IMG/VR virus record: IMGVR_UViG_3300001687_000010
Strand: one strand, 5' to 3'
DNA from: a virus
Lineage: Duplodnaviria > Heunggongvirae > Uroviricota > Caudoviricetes
Length of the DNA: 64,000 nt
Part shown: positions 53,420 to 62,037 of the stretch, one piece after another
Position numbering within the stretch: position 1 is the first letter of the stretch
Layout of the letters: each line of letters starts with the position of its first letter
Notes under the pieces: model-generated
The model's input: the letters and a program-made list of their open reading frames with translations, nothing else
Databases searched by the model: none
What the model was told of the DNA's origin: nothing
Program-made: the position numbers and the translations under genes

Positions 53420-53797
53420 AGGCCAGATAGGAGAATTGCTTTTTTATTGTTTTATTGCTGCAATCATAGGCATATTGGCATGGGAAGGTTTAGAGTGGTT
53501 AACTGAATGGTTTAATGCCCATTTTACGGTAATTTGGAAATGAAAAAGAAAAAAATATACGACAAAGAAAAACACGAACTTCAAAAAGCGTTGAGGATTC
53601 CTACCGCTAAAAAGGGACAGGTGTTTAAAGATAAAACCAAATATACTCGAAAGAAAAAACATAAACGAAGGCTGGGACAAGACTAAAGAGTCTCTGTCCC
53701 AGCCTTCGCCGCACCACTGTGCGTGGCTAACAGTAGCTTGTGCATATTTCGCCCCGCTGAAGCAAATGGATTATAACACATAATTGGTGAATTGTAA

Positions 53798-53998
53798 ATG
53801 ACTCCAGACCAAGAAACTTTTAAATTTTATTTAGATACGTTGCATCATCATGAGATTTTACCGACCAGATTATATTTAATATCCCGAATTCAAAAGAGTT
53901 TGGATCCGGGTGAGCGCAAAATGTATAAAAAAAGGTATGATATTTTAGAAAAATATAATCCTAATGAATCATGGAAAGGATGGGTGGATAAAATATGA
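53798..53998 (+). CDS. hypothetical small protein
   Basis: 66-aa ORF. Confidence 0.4.
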   Translation: MTPDQETFKFYLDTLHHHEILPTRLYLISRIQKSLDPGERKMYKKRYDILEKYNPNESWKGWVDKI

Positions 53999-54214
53999 AA
54001 AAATGGTTTAAAAAAAAATTTGGCAAGAATGGAAAGAGTGCGTTAAACGGGATAGAGAGTTTAAAAAAGCACTTCGGGAATATTTAGGCATTCCTGATTA
54101 ACGGAGGCAATAATGAGCGAACTATGGTTAGGTTTACTTTGGCCTATAATTTGCTTTGGATTGGGTTTTTTATTTGGTTTATTAGCAGGTGTAAAAATTA
54201 AAAAAGGAGACTAA

Positions 54215-54418
54215 ATGGAAACGGACTTGGTCCGGATATCATCGGATTATTTCGTGGCCGGAATAGAACTCGATGGTATCCATTCAGTATGCGTTACGGC
54301 CGCTCCCATATTAAAATATATGAGGGGCAAAAAATTAAAATGGATTATGGATTATTGTGCTAAAAAAGGTTGGAAGTTTGAGTATAAAATAAACGGTAGA
54401 TGGGAACAATGGAATTAA
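54215..54418 (+). CDS. hypothetical small protein
   Basis: 67-aa ORF with a GGAGA RBS. Confidence 0.4.
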   Translation: METDLVRISSDYFVAGIELDGIHSVCVTAAPILKYMRGKKLKWIMDYCAKKGWKFEYKINGRWEQWN

Positions 54419-54696
54419 AGCCTTATACACTTAATTCATTTTTTTACGGCGTAAAACACTCTTTGTGTTGGTTATTACATAACCATATTATTGTACATAA
54501 TATTACATAAGTAAGCAATGCTCACTTCGTTCACATTGTTACATATGAAATACTATGTACAATAATAGTTCCATTGCACATGGAACAACACAAAGAGATA
54601 TTTCCGCCCCGCTGGACAAGAATATTTTACCATGTTTTTTCCAAATTGTAAACAAAAAAAGTGAAAAAAAGTGAAAAAAGTTTGAGGAGATTGAAA

Positions 54697-54894
54697 ATGT
54701 TTAATAATAAAAAGGTGTTAACAGAAGAAGAAAAAGTCGAGAATGCAAAGGTTGCTGTGGCTTATAATCAATTGCCGTTAATGAAAAAGTTTGATTTTTG
54801 GGTTATGGTTATTAGGTACTGGTATAACGGTGATGATTGGGATTTTGCTAAAGCCTACGCAATGAGTGTTATTAAAGGATTTAAGCGGTATTAA
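54697..54894 (+). CDS. hypothetical small protein (start MFNNKK)
   Basis: GAGGAG SD 8 nt upstream of the internal ATG. Confidence 0.4.
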   Translation: MFNNKKVLTEEEKVENAKVAVAYNQLPLMKKFDFWVMVIRYWYNGDDWDFAKAYAMSVIKGFKRY

Positions 54895-54908
54895 TAAACT
54901 ATAATCCG

Positions 54909-54937
54909 TTTACAATTGGTCGTCAATAGGTTATAAT
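54909..54937 (+). promoter_or_regulatory. promoter CCGTTTACAAT-N17-TATAAT
   Basis: Perfect -10 element, 17-nt spacer. ATG of a micro-ORF lies 7 nt downstream of the -10 element. Confidence 0.5.
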
Positions 54938-54943
54938 TAAACG

Positions 54944-55090
54944 ATGTATTGGTATCTAATAACAATATACGAGTGTCCAGTATGCGGTAAAAGAACCGAA
55001 TACAGGGAACGTCAATATTCACCAAGACCGGACGACCCTGAAGAACGGCATAGGTATTTTCATCAGTATGATTACTGCGAGGGTTTATGA
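54944..55090 (+). CDS. zinc-ribbon micro-protein (48 aa)
   Basis: ECPVCG...; its stop overlaps the next start (ATGA). Confidence 0.35.
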   Translation: MYWYLITIYECPVCGKRTEYRERQYSPRPDDPEERHRYFHQYDYCEGL

Positions 55091-55488
55091 AAAAAATTAT
55101 AATCATAGGTAGTCGAAGGCGAGATGGCCAAAAAGACCTTGAAACCGTTTTTAACGAATTCCGCAAGCATTATGAGGACGGGGATATTATTATCTCCGGT
55201 GGATGTCCTAAAGGTGGGGATAGGTTTGCCGAAGTAATAGCTCAAAAATTAGGGCTAACAGAAAATAACGGCAAGTTAATTATCCATAGACCTTTATATC
55301 CTATCAAGGGTTCGCCTAAGTGGGTATATGCTCAAGCCTTTTATGAGCGCAATACGTTAGTGGCCGCAGAGGCCGATAAGGATTCAGTGGTTATCGCTTG
55401 TGTATCCCCGGAACGTACTGGTGGCACAGAGGATACGTTGCGTAAAATTAATAAAATGGGCAAAGACCCGTTAGTGAGGTTAGTATGA
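55087..55488 (+). CDS. SLOG / DUF2493-like Rossmann-fold protein (tentative)
   Basis: KKIIIIGSRRR...IIISGGCPKGGDRFAE resembles the GSR...SGGA.G.D pattern of DprA/DUF2493 SLOG proteins. Confidence 0.4.
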   Translation: MKKIIIIGSRRRDGQKDLETVFNEFRKHYEDGDIIISGGCPKGGDRFAEVIAQKLGLTENNGKLIIHRPLYPIKGSPKWVYAQAFYERNTLVAAEADKDSVVIACVSPERTGGTEDTLRKINKMGKDPLVRLV

Positions 55489-55865
55489 AAAAATTTATTA
55501 TCGCTATGACGATAGCAATTTTATTTAGTTGCCTGATTGGTTTATTGATGGGTTGTGCTACATTACCGACTGAGCCGACTGATGGCCCTAAAGGTTTACC
55601 GACTAACGAAGCGGATATAGTGGATATAACCATATTTAATTCGTTAGATGAGCCGGTTGAGGTATGGGTTTATCAGGGGAGTAATTTTAATGACGAATTA
55701 TACAATTTTTATGTTAACCCGAATACGAGGTATTATATTAAACTTCAAAAGGACGGGGTTTATAAAGTTTGTATAATTCTGATTTTTGGAACCGAAGTGG
55801 ATGCCAAATGCGTCCTTAAAAAAACAATGGTTAATGAAGAGTGGACTATACAGAAAAATAAATAG
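55485..55865 (+). CDS. lipoprotein
   Basis: Signal peptide plus lipobox: MKKFIIAMTIAILFSCLIGLLMGC. Confidence 0.55.
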   Translation: MKKFIIAMTIAILFSCLIGLLMGCATLPTEPTDGPKGLPTNEADIVDITIFNSLDEPVEVWVYQGSNFNDELYNFYVNPNTRYYIKLQKDGVYKVCIILIFGTEVDAKCVLKKTMVNEEWTIQKNK

Positions 55866-55938
55866 CGGGTGTAGTGTAATGGTAACACGTCAGCCTTCCA
55901 AGCTGACTTTGAGAGTTCGAATCTCTCCACTCGCTCCA
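55865..55938 (+). tRNA. tRNA-Gly (anticodon TCC)
   Basis: D-arm GTGT-AATGGTA-ACAC, anticodon stem TCAGC/GCTGA with loop CTTCCAA, T-arm GAGAG-TTCGAAT-CTCTC, CCA. Confidence 0.75.
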
Positions 55939-55951
55939 AAAGGTGAAAAAA

Positions 55952-56131
55952 ATGGTACACGGTGAAGTTTGTCCAAAATGCGGTTCAAAAAATGTTACGG
56001 ATAATGAAATAGCTTATACTTATGAACCAGTAGCACGAACCAGTGCTGACTGGTATTGTCCAGATTGCGGTTGTGATTATGCCGTATTGTATAAATTTGA
56101 CGAGATTCAAATCAATGAAGAAAACGATTGA
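55952..56131 (+). CDS. zinc-ribbon micro-protein
   Basis: CPKCGS...CPDCGC. SD AAAGGTGA. Confidence 0.4.
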   Translation: MVHGEVCPKCGSKNVTDNEIAYTYEPVARTSADWYCPDCGCDYAVLYKFDEIQINEEND

Positions 56132-56281
56132 ATATATTGAAATTATATTTTGGAAATCTGTATTTGCCATCGCATGGGTAGGGTGTTGGATTGAAGATGA
56201 AATTTGGACACCCATATGGTGGTTTTTTAATAAAAGAAAATTTGAAAGAAAGGGGAAATAAACGCAAGGAGAATTTAAGCT

Positions 56282-56950
56282 GTGCCTATAAGAGTTCAAA
56301 GACATAATTTTGAAGAGTTAGCAACTGTTACTTTTCGAGTAAGGAGAGGAAGATTAAGATTACATCGTACTGAAGCCAAGGATTATGATTACCGGAACGA
56401 ACCATTCTGGCAAAAAAATAAACATACTATAAATGCCGCAGATATTGTGGACGATGCTATGGATGGTTTGTTTGATGATATATTAAACCCCGACCCTCAG
56501 ATTAGATATAATATGGGGTTAGAAATTTATAAAAATTTACCCGAAGAATTGCCTGTTATAACCGTTAAAAATCCGTGGGCAGATTGCCTTGTAAGAGGAT
56601 TTAAGGATATCGAAAACAGAGGATGGAATACCGGACATAGAGGGCCGGTTGTAATACATTCAAGCAAGACTCCTGATAAGGCAGGGTTTCGTGGGGCTGA
56701 CTACGAGATTAAGAAAAATTATTTAGCCAGTGCTTTAAGTTATTATAATAATGGTTATTTAATCGGCATGGTTAATATAATCGATGTTATTAAACAATCT
56801 GACTCAATATGGGCAGATGGTTTTTCTAAATACTATTGGGTTATAAGGGATGCTATTATGTTCCCGTCCCCGATAGTGGCTAAAGGTAAGTTGGGCTTTT
56901 GGACATATAAAGATGACCAAAGGCTTTTAAGAGACCAAATAAGAGTTTAG
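56282..56950 (+). CDS. ASCH/PUA-like domain protein (tentative)
   Basis: GTG start after an AAGGAGA SD. VITVKNPWADCLVRGFKDIENRGW...GPVVIHSS resembles ASCH. Confidence 0.45.
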   Translation: MPIRVQRHNFEELATVTFRVRRGRLRLHRTEAKDYDYRNEPFWQKNKHTINAADIVDDAMDGLFDDILNPDPQIRYNMGLEIYKNLPEELPVITVKNPWADCLVRGFKDIENRGWNTGHRGPVVIHSSKTPDKAGFRGADYEIKKNYLASALSYYNNGYLIGMVNIIDVIKQSDSIWADGFSKYYWVIRDAIMFPSPIVAKGKLGFWTYKDDQRLLRDQIRV

Positions 56951-57037
56951 GAAGGGTGAGCGGAATGGTATCGCAGCGGTTTGCTAAACCGTCTCAGGGT
57001 AAAACCTGTACGGGTTCGACTCCCGTTCCTTCCTCCA
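56950..57037 (+). tRNA. tRNA-Ser (anticodon GCT), class II
   Basis: Acceptor GGAAGGG/TCCTTCC, anticodon stem GCGGT/ACCGT with loop TTGCTAA, long variable arm CAGG-GTAAAA-CCTG, CCA. 88 nt. Confidence 0.65.
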
Positions 57038-57053
57038 TTTAGGAGAATTTGTT

Positions 57054-57239
57054 ATGGATATGACTAAAGAAGAAGTGGCCTCGCTATACCGGATTTATTC
57101 CGATTATGGGGCAAACGAAAAAGAACATCCCAGAGTTATGGGTGTTTTAGGTGAGCTATGGGATGCCGTCCGTGATAAGGACGAAATCCGAATACGAGTA
57201 TCCACAAAAGTGGAATCATCAGAGGAAAAAGCAATATAA
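57054..57239 (+). CDS. hypothetical small protein
   Basis: 61-aa ORF. Confidence 0.4.
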   Translation: MDMTKEEVASLYRIYSDYGANEKEHPRVMGVLGELWDAVRDKDEIRIRVSTKVESSEEKAI

Positions 57240-57317
57240 GGCGGAGTAGCCCAACTTGGCAGAGGCAATAGATTCAAAACCTATTCAGTGTCGGTTCGAA
57301 TCCGACTTCCGCTACCA
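57240..57317 (+). tRNA. tRNA with probable anticodon CAA (Leu-like); trio member
   Basis: 5' half is identical to 48482 (GGCGGAGTAGCCCAACTTGGCAGAGGCA). Anticodon region AATAG-A-TTCAAAA-C-CTATT. T-arm GTCGG-TTCGAAT-CCGAC. CCA. Confidence 0.5.
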
Positions 57318-57321
57318 TAAA

Positions 57322-57405
57322 GCCGAAGTGGTGGAACAGGTAGACACGCAGTCTTGAGGGGGCTGTGCTTATGGCGTGTGGGTTCGAGTCCCACCTTCGG
57401 CACCA
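57322..57405 (+). tRNA. tRNA-Leu (anticodon GAG), class II
   Basis: Perfect acceptor GCCGAAG/CTTCGGC, anticodon stem CAGTC/GGCTG with loop TTGAGGG, long variable arm, T-arm GTGGG-TTCGAGT-CCCAC, CCA. Confidence 0.7.
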
Positions 57406-57412
57406 GAAAGTG

Positions 57413-57441
57413 TTTACAATGTTAAAATTTTTATGTAAAAT
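57413..57441 (+). promoter_or_regulatory. promoter AGTGTTTACAAT-N17-TAAAAT
   Basis: Same architecture as the other copies. Confidence 0.45.
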
Positions 57442-57606
57442 AGGTTGGCATAAGTATACCCTAAGATTAGAGTTAAATCCGTTGGGTACTCACGATTATA
57501 ATGTGCCGTTTGAAGCGGTTGAATATTGTACCCGTTGCGGTAAAGAGAAAGAGCGATTTGGGGGAACAGTAGGCACACCAATTATAAGAAAGGGGAAGGA
57601 ATAAAA

Positions 57607-58359
57607 ATGGATGACGAGCAAAAAAAGCCGTTAGAGTTAAAGGATTTGTTAGACTCTAAACTGCCGATTTTAGAACGGTTCAGGGAGATGGCTCCCGGAA
57701 CGTTTAAGCATTCACAAAACGTATCACTTTTATGTGAATCTGTAGGCTTAGAACTGGATTTAGATATCGACCTTATGAAGGTAGCCGGTATGTACCATGA
57801 CCTCGGTAAACTAAATTCACCAGAGCTGTTCTCTGAAAATCAAAACGGTAAAAACCCACATGAGAATTTAGACCCGATGGTTAGTTATCATTTAATTACA
57901 CGTCACGTGGGTGATACGATTTTGTTAATGCTTAACAATTTTGATGATTTTACTCAAAAGCAAAAATTAATGGAAATTATGTCGCAACATCACGGGAACA
58001 CGGTACTCCAGTTTTTCTATAAAAAATCAAAGTCAAAAGTGGAAGACCCGTTTAGGTATAAATCGGTTCCGCCACAAAGTATTGAGGCCGCTGTTTTAAT
58101 GATTTGTGATAGTGTGGAAGCAACCGCAAGGTCGCTGGACGCCGCCGATGATTTAAAAGATTCAAAGGATAGGCGGTCTGTTATAAACACAACTGTCGAT
58201 AGGTTAATGCAGGATTATCAGCTTGATGATATAAAAGTGGGAATGTTGCGGAAAGTTAAAACTGTACTGTATAAGGAATTGGATAACATTTACCATAAGC
58301 GTGAAGTTTATGGGGATGAAAAGGCCGAAACTGAAGATGACGATACTATAAAAGTGTGA
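57607..58359 (+). CDS. HD-domain phosphohydrolase
   Basis: H...HD motif: KHSQNVSLL...AGMYHDLGK. Confidence 0.65.
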   Translation: MDDEQKKPLELKDLLDSKLPILERFREMAPGTFKHSQNVSLLCESVGLELDLDIDLMKVAGMYHDLGKLNSPELFSENQNGKNPHENLDPMVSYHLITRHVGDTILLMLNNFDDFTQKQKLMEIMSQHHGNTVLQFFYKKSKSKVEDPFRYKSVPPQSIEAAVLMICDSVEATARSLDAADDLKDSKDRRSVINTTVDRLMQDYQLDDIKVGMLRKVKTVLYKELDNIYHKREVYGDEKAETEDDDTIKV

Positions 58360-58367
58360 GGTGCGGT

Positions 58368-58529
58368 ATGGAAGAATATATCGGGCGAGAAGAAGCTGAA
58401 CAAACGATTAAACAAGCCATAGATGATTATTTACCAATAGAAGAGCTTCAGCAAATTTTGGATATCATCTATGGGGATGAATTTTTAGTTGTCGAAGATG
58501 ACGATATTCCAGAAGAAGAAGAGGACTAA
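58368..58529 (+). CDS. acidic micro-protein (53 aa)
   Basis: GAGGTG SD. C-terminal DDDIPEEEED. Confidence 0.35.
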   Translation: MEEYIGREEAEQTIKQAIDDYLPIEELQQILDIIYGDEFLVVEDDDIPEEEED

Positions 58530-58727
58530 ATTGTTCTGTGTAAATACTATGCAGAATGGTAAAGAAAAAATGCTTACGTCAAGTATTCCGGCCAAAGGAA
58601 CGCTTGATGGTCAAGGGAGTGGGTGATTGTACAGTCTGCGTACCGGATAAAAATAACAAAAATTGCAGAATGTATTACCCGATTAGTATAAATATAGTTG
58701 AAATAGAAACAACTGGGAGGAAAAAAG

Positions 58728-59012
58728 ATGCCGAAGTGCGTTAAGTGTTCGGGTGTATTTCCGCCCGAATTCTCTGCGCTAATACCGACTGATAGGCTTG
58801 GCGAAGAACAACCACATATGTGCTTGTTTTGCGAGTTAAATATTAATGAGGTTACGATAGAGAAAGGCGAAGGGAAAACGGAAAAATATACTAAGGAACA
58901 ATGTAAAAAGGATTACGATGTTTTTTTAAAACAATTGAAGGAGAAAAAGAACGTTGCTCAACTCCTCGTGAAGGGAGATAACAATGTCGCAGGTAATATT
59001 ATTAAACGCTGA
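58728..59012 (+). CDS. zinc-ribbon small protein
   Basis: CVKCSG...CLFCE. Confidence 0.45.
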   Translation: MPKCVKCSGVFPPEFSALIPTDRLGEEQPHMCLFCELNINEVTIEKGEGKTEKYTKEQCKKDYDVFLKQLKEKKNVAQLLVKGDNNVAGNIIKR

Positions 59013-59493
59013 TTATAGTTTTTTAAATCTGCTCGGATGGAAAAGGGCTTTTGCCCTTATCAGCAAGGGCAAGGTAGAGGTCTTGAAATTTGGCAATAAA
59101 GTCATTCGTGACGCTAAAGGACGTCTGCTAAAAATTCCTGCGGTTTTGCGGCTTGTAAAACTGATTAGAACAGTTTACAAGACCAGAGTGCCGTTTAGTA
59201 AAAAGAACGTGATGGTTCGGGATGGATTTAAGTGCGTATATTGTGGAACTGAGGGAGTCAGATTTACAATCGACCATGTTTTCCCGAAATCAAAAGGTGG
59301 TATATCTTCATTTGAAAACTGCGTAACGGCTTGTAAGCCCTGTAATAACGACAAGGGTGATAGAAGTTGTTCTGAGGCAAAGATGTACCCTAAAACCAAA
59401 CTTATCACTCCGACTATTTCTGAATTTTTGAGAATGAAAATTAAGACTCTTGGAATTCAGGATGTACTGGATGATATATTCAAAGCTATGTAA
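58984..59493 (+). CDS. HNH endonuclease
   Basis: RDGFKCVYCG...IDHVFPKSKGG...NCVTACKPCNNDKGD. Confidence 0.7.
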   Translation: MSQVILLNADYSFLNLLGWKRAFALISKGKVEVLKFGNKVIRDAKGRLLKIPAVLRLVKLIRTVYKTRVPFSKKNVMVRDGFKCVYCGTEGVRFTIDHVFPKSKGGISSFENCVTACKPCNNDKGDRSCSEAKMYPKTKLITPTISEFLRMKIKTLGIQDVLDDIFKAM

Positions 59494-59621
59494 TAACGAC
59501 CGAGGATGGACGTGGAGGTGGCAGTTCAATACATTGCCTTAAAACTCGGTTTATACCGGGGCGTGTAGGTTTGTTATTACTTTAAGAAAGGGGAAATAAA
59601 GTTTAGGGAGAGTTAAAATTA

Positions 59622-60728
59622 GTGGCTACGAAGAGTTTTTACAAGCCGATTAAAGTCCCTGCTCGGCTTGGGTTTTTAAGTTATTTGGGAGATACGCAGG
59701 GTTGTGGTACAATTAGGGTTATTCATCCATATCTATTATTAAATCATTTCAGGGCGAAGGGAGTTCAGGTTTTAACCCAAACTATGAACCACTACTGCTT
59801 CGATATAAATTATTACAAGCAGTTTACCTTCTGCCAATTCCAACGTTCATCCACTGAACATCATTATAAATTATTACTTCATTTTAAGACCCAAGTTCAG
59901 CAGAAGTATAATGTACCCATAATTTATGAGATTGACGATATGCTTATTGGTATACCGGATTATAATTATGCGGTTAATTATTATGCTAAAAATGAAGATT
60001 GGGTAAAGAAGTGTATGGGTATTTCGGACGCTATGATAACGTCTACCGACCACTTAAAAAAGGTTTATACGGAATACTGCGGAAATATAGCCGTTATCGA
60101 GAATCATCTTCCCAAGTTTATTTGGGGGGATATTTACCCGGCGCATGAATATAAGGATGAAGACGAAAAGATTAAAATTATATGGGCTGGTTCGCAAAAC
60201 CATTTTGCGTCAAAGGCTTTAACGCCAGAGACTAAAGGTGGAGATTTTGGGGAAGAACTTTTAAAGTTTATTCGCAAAACAACGGACGTATATGACTGGT
60301 ATATTATGGGTTCAATGCCGGAAGAACTGGAACCCGTAAAAAACAAAATATGTTTCGTTCCGTGGAAGCATATATTTGAGTATCCTAAATGCGTTAAAGA
60401 AATTGAGGCCGATATTGCTATTGCTCCTTTAGAGGATAACCCGTTTAATGCCTGTAAAAGCAATATTAAACAACTTGAGTATACGGCTATGGGAGCGGCC
60501 GGTGTTTATAGCGATGTTATACCATATAAAAAGGCTAAAATTAAGGTTAAAACCGATGAAGAAATGATATCGGAAATCGAGCGTTTAGCAGGGGATATTG
60601 ATGCTCGTGCGAGAACTTTTAAGGCGGATTTAGCGGCCGTCCGAAGCCAGTTATGGTGGGAAGAGTTTGATAACGTCAAAAAATACATAAATACCTATTT
60701 AGGGTTATTTAAGCAGAGGTTGCCATGA
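59622..60728 (+). CDS. glycosyltransferase-like protein, possibly DNA beta-glucosyltransferase-like (tentative)
   Basis: The C-terminal half (KIIWAGSQNH...IAPLEDNPFNACKSNIKQLEYTAMGAAGVYSD) loosely parallels T4 beta-gt (DVIYGGSFRSG...IGDKNYNDNFITLRVWETMASDAV) from memory. Confidence 0.35.
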   Translation: MATKSFYKPIKVPARLGFLSYLGDTQGCGTIRVIHPYLLLNHFRAKGVQVLTQTMNHYCFDINYYKQFTFCQFQRSSTEHHYKLLLHFKTQVQQKYNVPIIYEIDDMLIGIPDYNYAVNYYAKNEDWVKKCMGISDAMITSTDHLKKVYTEYCGNIAVIENHLPKFIWGDIYPAHEYKDEDEKIKIIWAGSQNHFASKALTPETKGGDFGEELLKFIRKTTDVYDWYIMGSMPEELEPVKNKICFVPWKHIFEYPKCVKEIEADIAIAPLEDNPFNACKSNIKQLEYTAMGAAGVYSDVIPYKKAKIKVKTDEEMISEIERLAGDIDARARTFKADLAAVRSQLWWEEFDNVKKYINTYLGLFKQRLP

Positions 60729-61024
60729 TTGAGATAACGGAAAACTCAGAATTGATAAGCAAACAAGGCAAAATAGTCGTGGATTTTTGGGCCCCGTGGT
60801 GCGGGCCCTGTCGTGCAATTGCCCCGATTTTAAAACAGTTAGAATCGGAATATATAAACATTAAATTCGCTAAATGTAATGTGGATGATTGGCCGAATAT
60901 AGCACAAAATTTTAATATTAAGGCTATACCGACTGTTTTGGTTATAAACGATGGTAATATAGTGCAACAATTTGTTGGTATTCAGAGTAAGAGTACCATA
61001 GAAAAATGTTTGGATAAATTATGA
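60725..61024 (+). CDS. thioredoxin
   Basis: Active site VVDFWAPWCGPCRAIAP. Confidence 0.8.
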   Translation: MIEITENSELISKQGKIVVDFWAPWCGPCRAIAPILKQLESEYINIKFAKCNVDDWPNIAQNFNIKAIPTVLVINDGNIVQQFVGIQSKSTIEKCLDKL

Positions 61025-61308
61025 TAATATTTGAAAATAAACGTGTTTTTTTGTGGTGTGAAGTACCTATGAGAACGGAGAGAGATTCTTATAAGGGCTA
61101 TTGGGTACGTTCTCATGTTAAGTTTTTACGGTCAGGAAGTAGGTTTAAGGTAGATGATACTGTTTATCTGGCTACGTCCGAGCCGTATTACCGTAAAGTT
61201 GAAGAACCGGAACCGACTTTATTAAGAATGGTCGCCGGTATGTTTGAACCGCAACAGGAAAAACCGGAAGAGGGCTGGACGGTAAATTATGTTAAGGAGC
61301 ATAAATAA
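61021..61308 (+). CDS. hypothetical protein
   Basis: 95-aa ORF. Confidence 0.4.
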   Translation: MIIFENKRVFLWCEVPMRTERDSYKGYWVRSHVKFLRSGSRFKVDDTVYLATSEPYYRKVEEPEPTLLRMVAGMFEPQQEKPEEGWTVNYVKEHK

Positions 61309-62037
61309 GTGGTAAAACCGGAAGATGTGTACACAAGTTTAATACGGAATAAATGTATTTTTAATGGAAAATCCCATCCTATTAGTATAACTATACCCGA
61401 AGCGGAACCGGATAAATGGATAGTTAAGAAAAATGGTTCTAAACGGGCTTCCCGTATATTCAATTCTGAAGAAGAAGCAATCACTTATATAAAAGAGCAT
61501 TATGGACAGGGTTATCGAAAGTCAGTTCGCAAAGGCAAAAAAATGCCTGCGGAGTACATGGCCGCTTTGCGCCAAATGGCTCACTGGTTTAATACTAAGT
61601 GGCGTGATATAGATATGGATAGGTATTTTGAGTGCGGTTTAGAACTGTACGGCAACCGGCTAAATTATATGAATTTTACCGACCATAAGATTATTAAGCT
61701 GTACATACAAAAAGACAAAAACATTAAACGCAAGGCCAAGTTTACTAAGGAAGCTCTCGTGGAATCGGCTAAATTTGTTAAGCAATATATGCGAGAGAAT
61801 AATATGACCTTTTTAAAGTACCGGATGACGAGGGATACAAGGCTATTAGCAGTTGACCATTATTTACAGAATAAAATAGACCATAACTTTTTAACGTGGT
61901 TAATATCATTTGGCCTTGTGACTTTATATGATGACGATATTGCGGTAATACCGTATATAAACGAGAATTATCGTGAAACTTTAAACGAATTAGAAAATGT
62001 TAGACCGTTTTTAACGGAATTAGCAAGGAGGATGTAA
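61309..62037 (+). CDS. hypothetical protein
   Basis: GTG start after an AAGGAG SD. 242 aa. Confidence 0.45.
   Translation: MVKPEDVYTSLIRNKCIFNGKSHPISITIPEAEPDKWIVKKNGSKRASRIFNSEEEAITYIKEHYGQGYRKSVRKGKKMPAEYMAALRQMAHWFNTKWRDIDMDRYFECGLELYGNRLNYMNFTDHKIIKLYIQKDKNIKRKAKFTKEALVESAKFVKQYMRENNMTFLKYRMTRDTRLLAVDHYLQNKIDHNFLTWLISFGLVTLYDDDIAVIPYINENYRETLNELENVRPFLTELARRM

Noticed and set aside
40063-57405. CRISPR array or other regularly spaced repeats in the tRNA region
   Set aside because: The repeated GGTTCGAnTCC units are tRNA T-loops at irregular spacing. There is no repeat-spacer periodicity.
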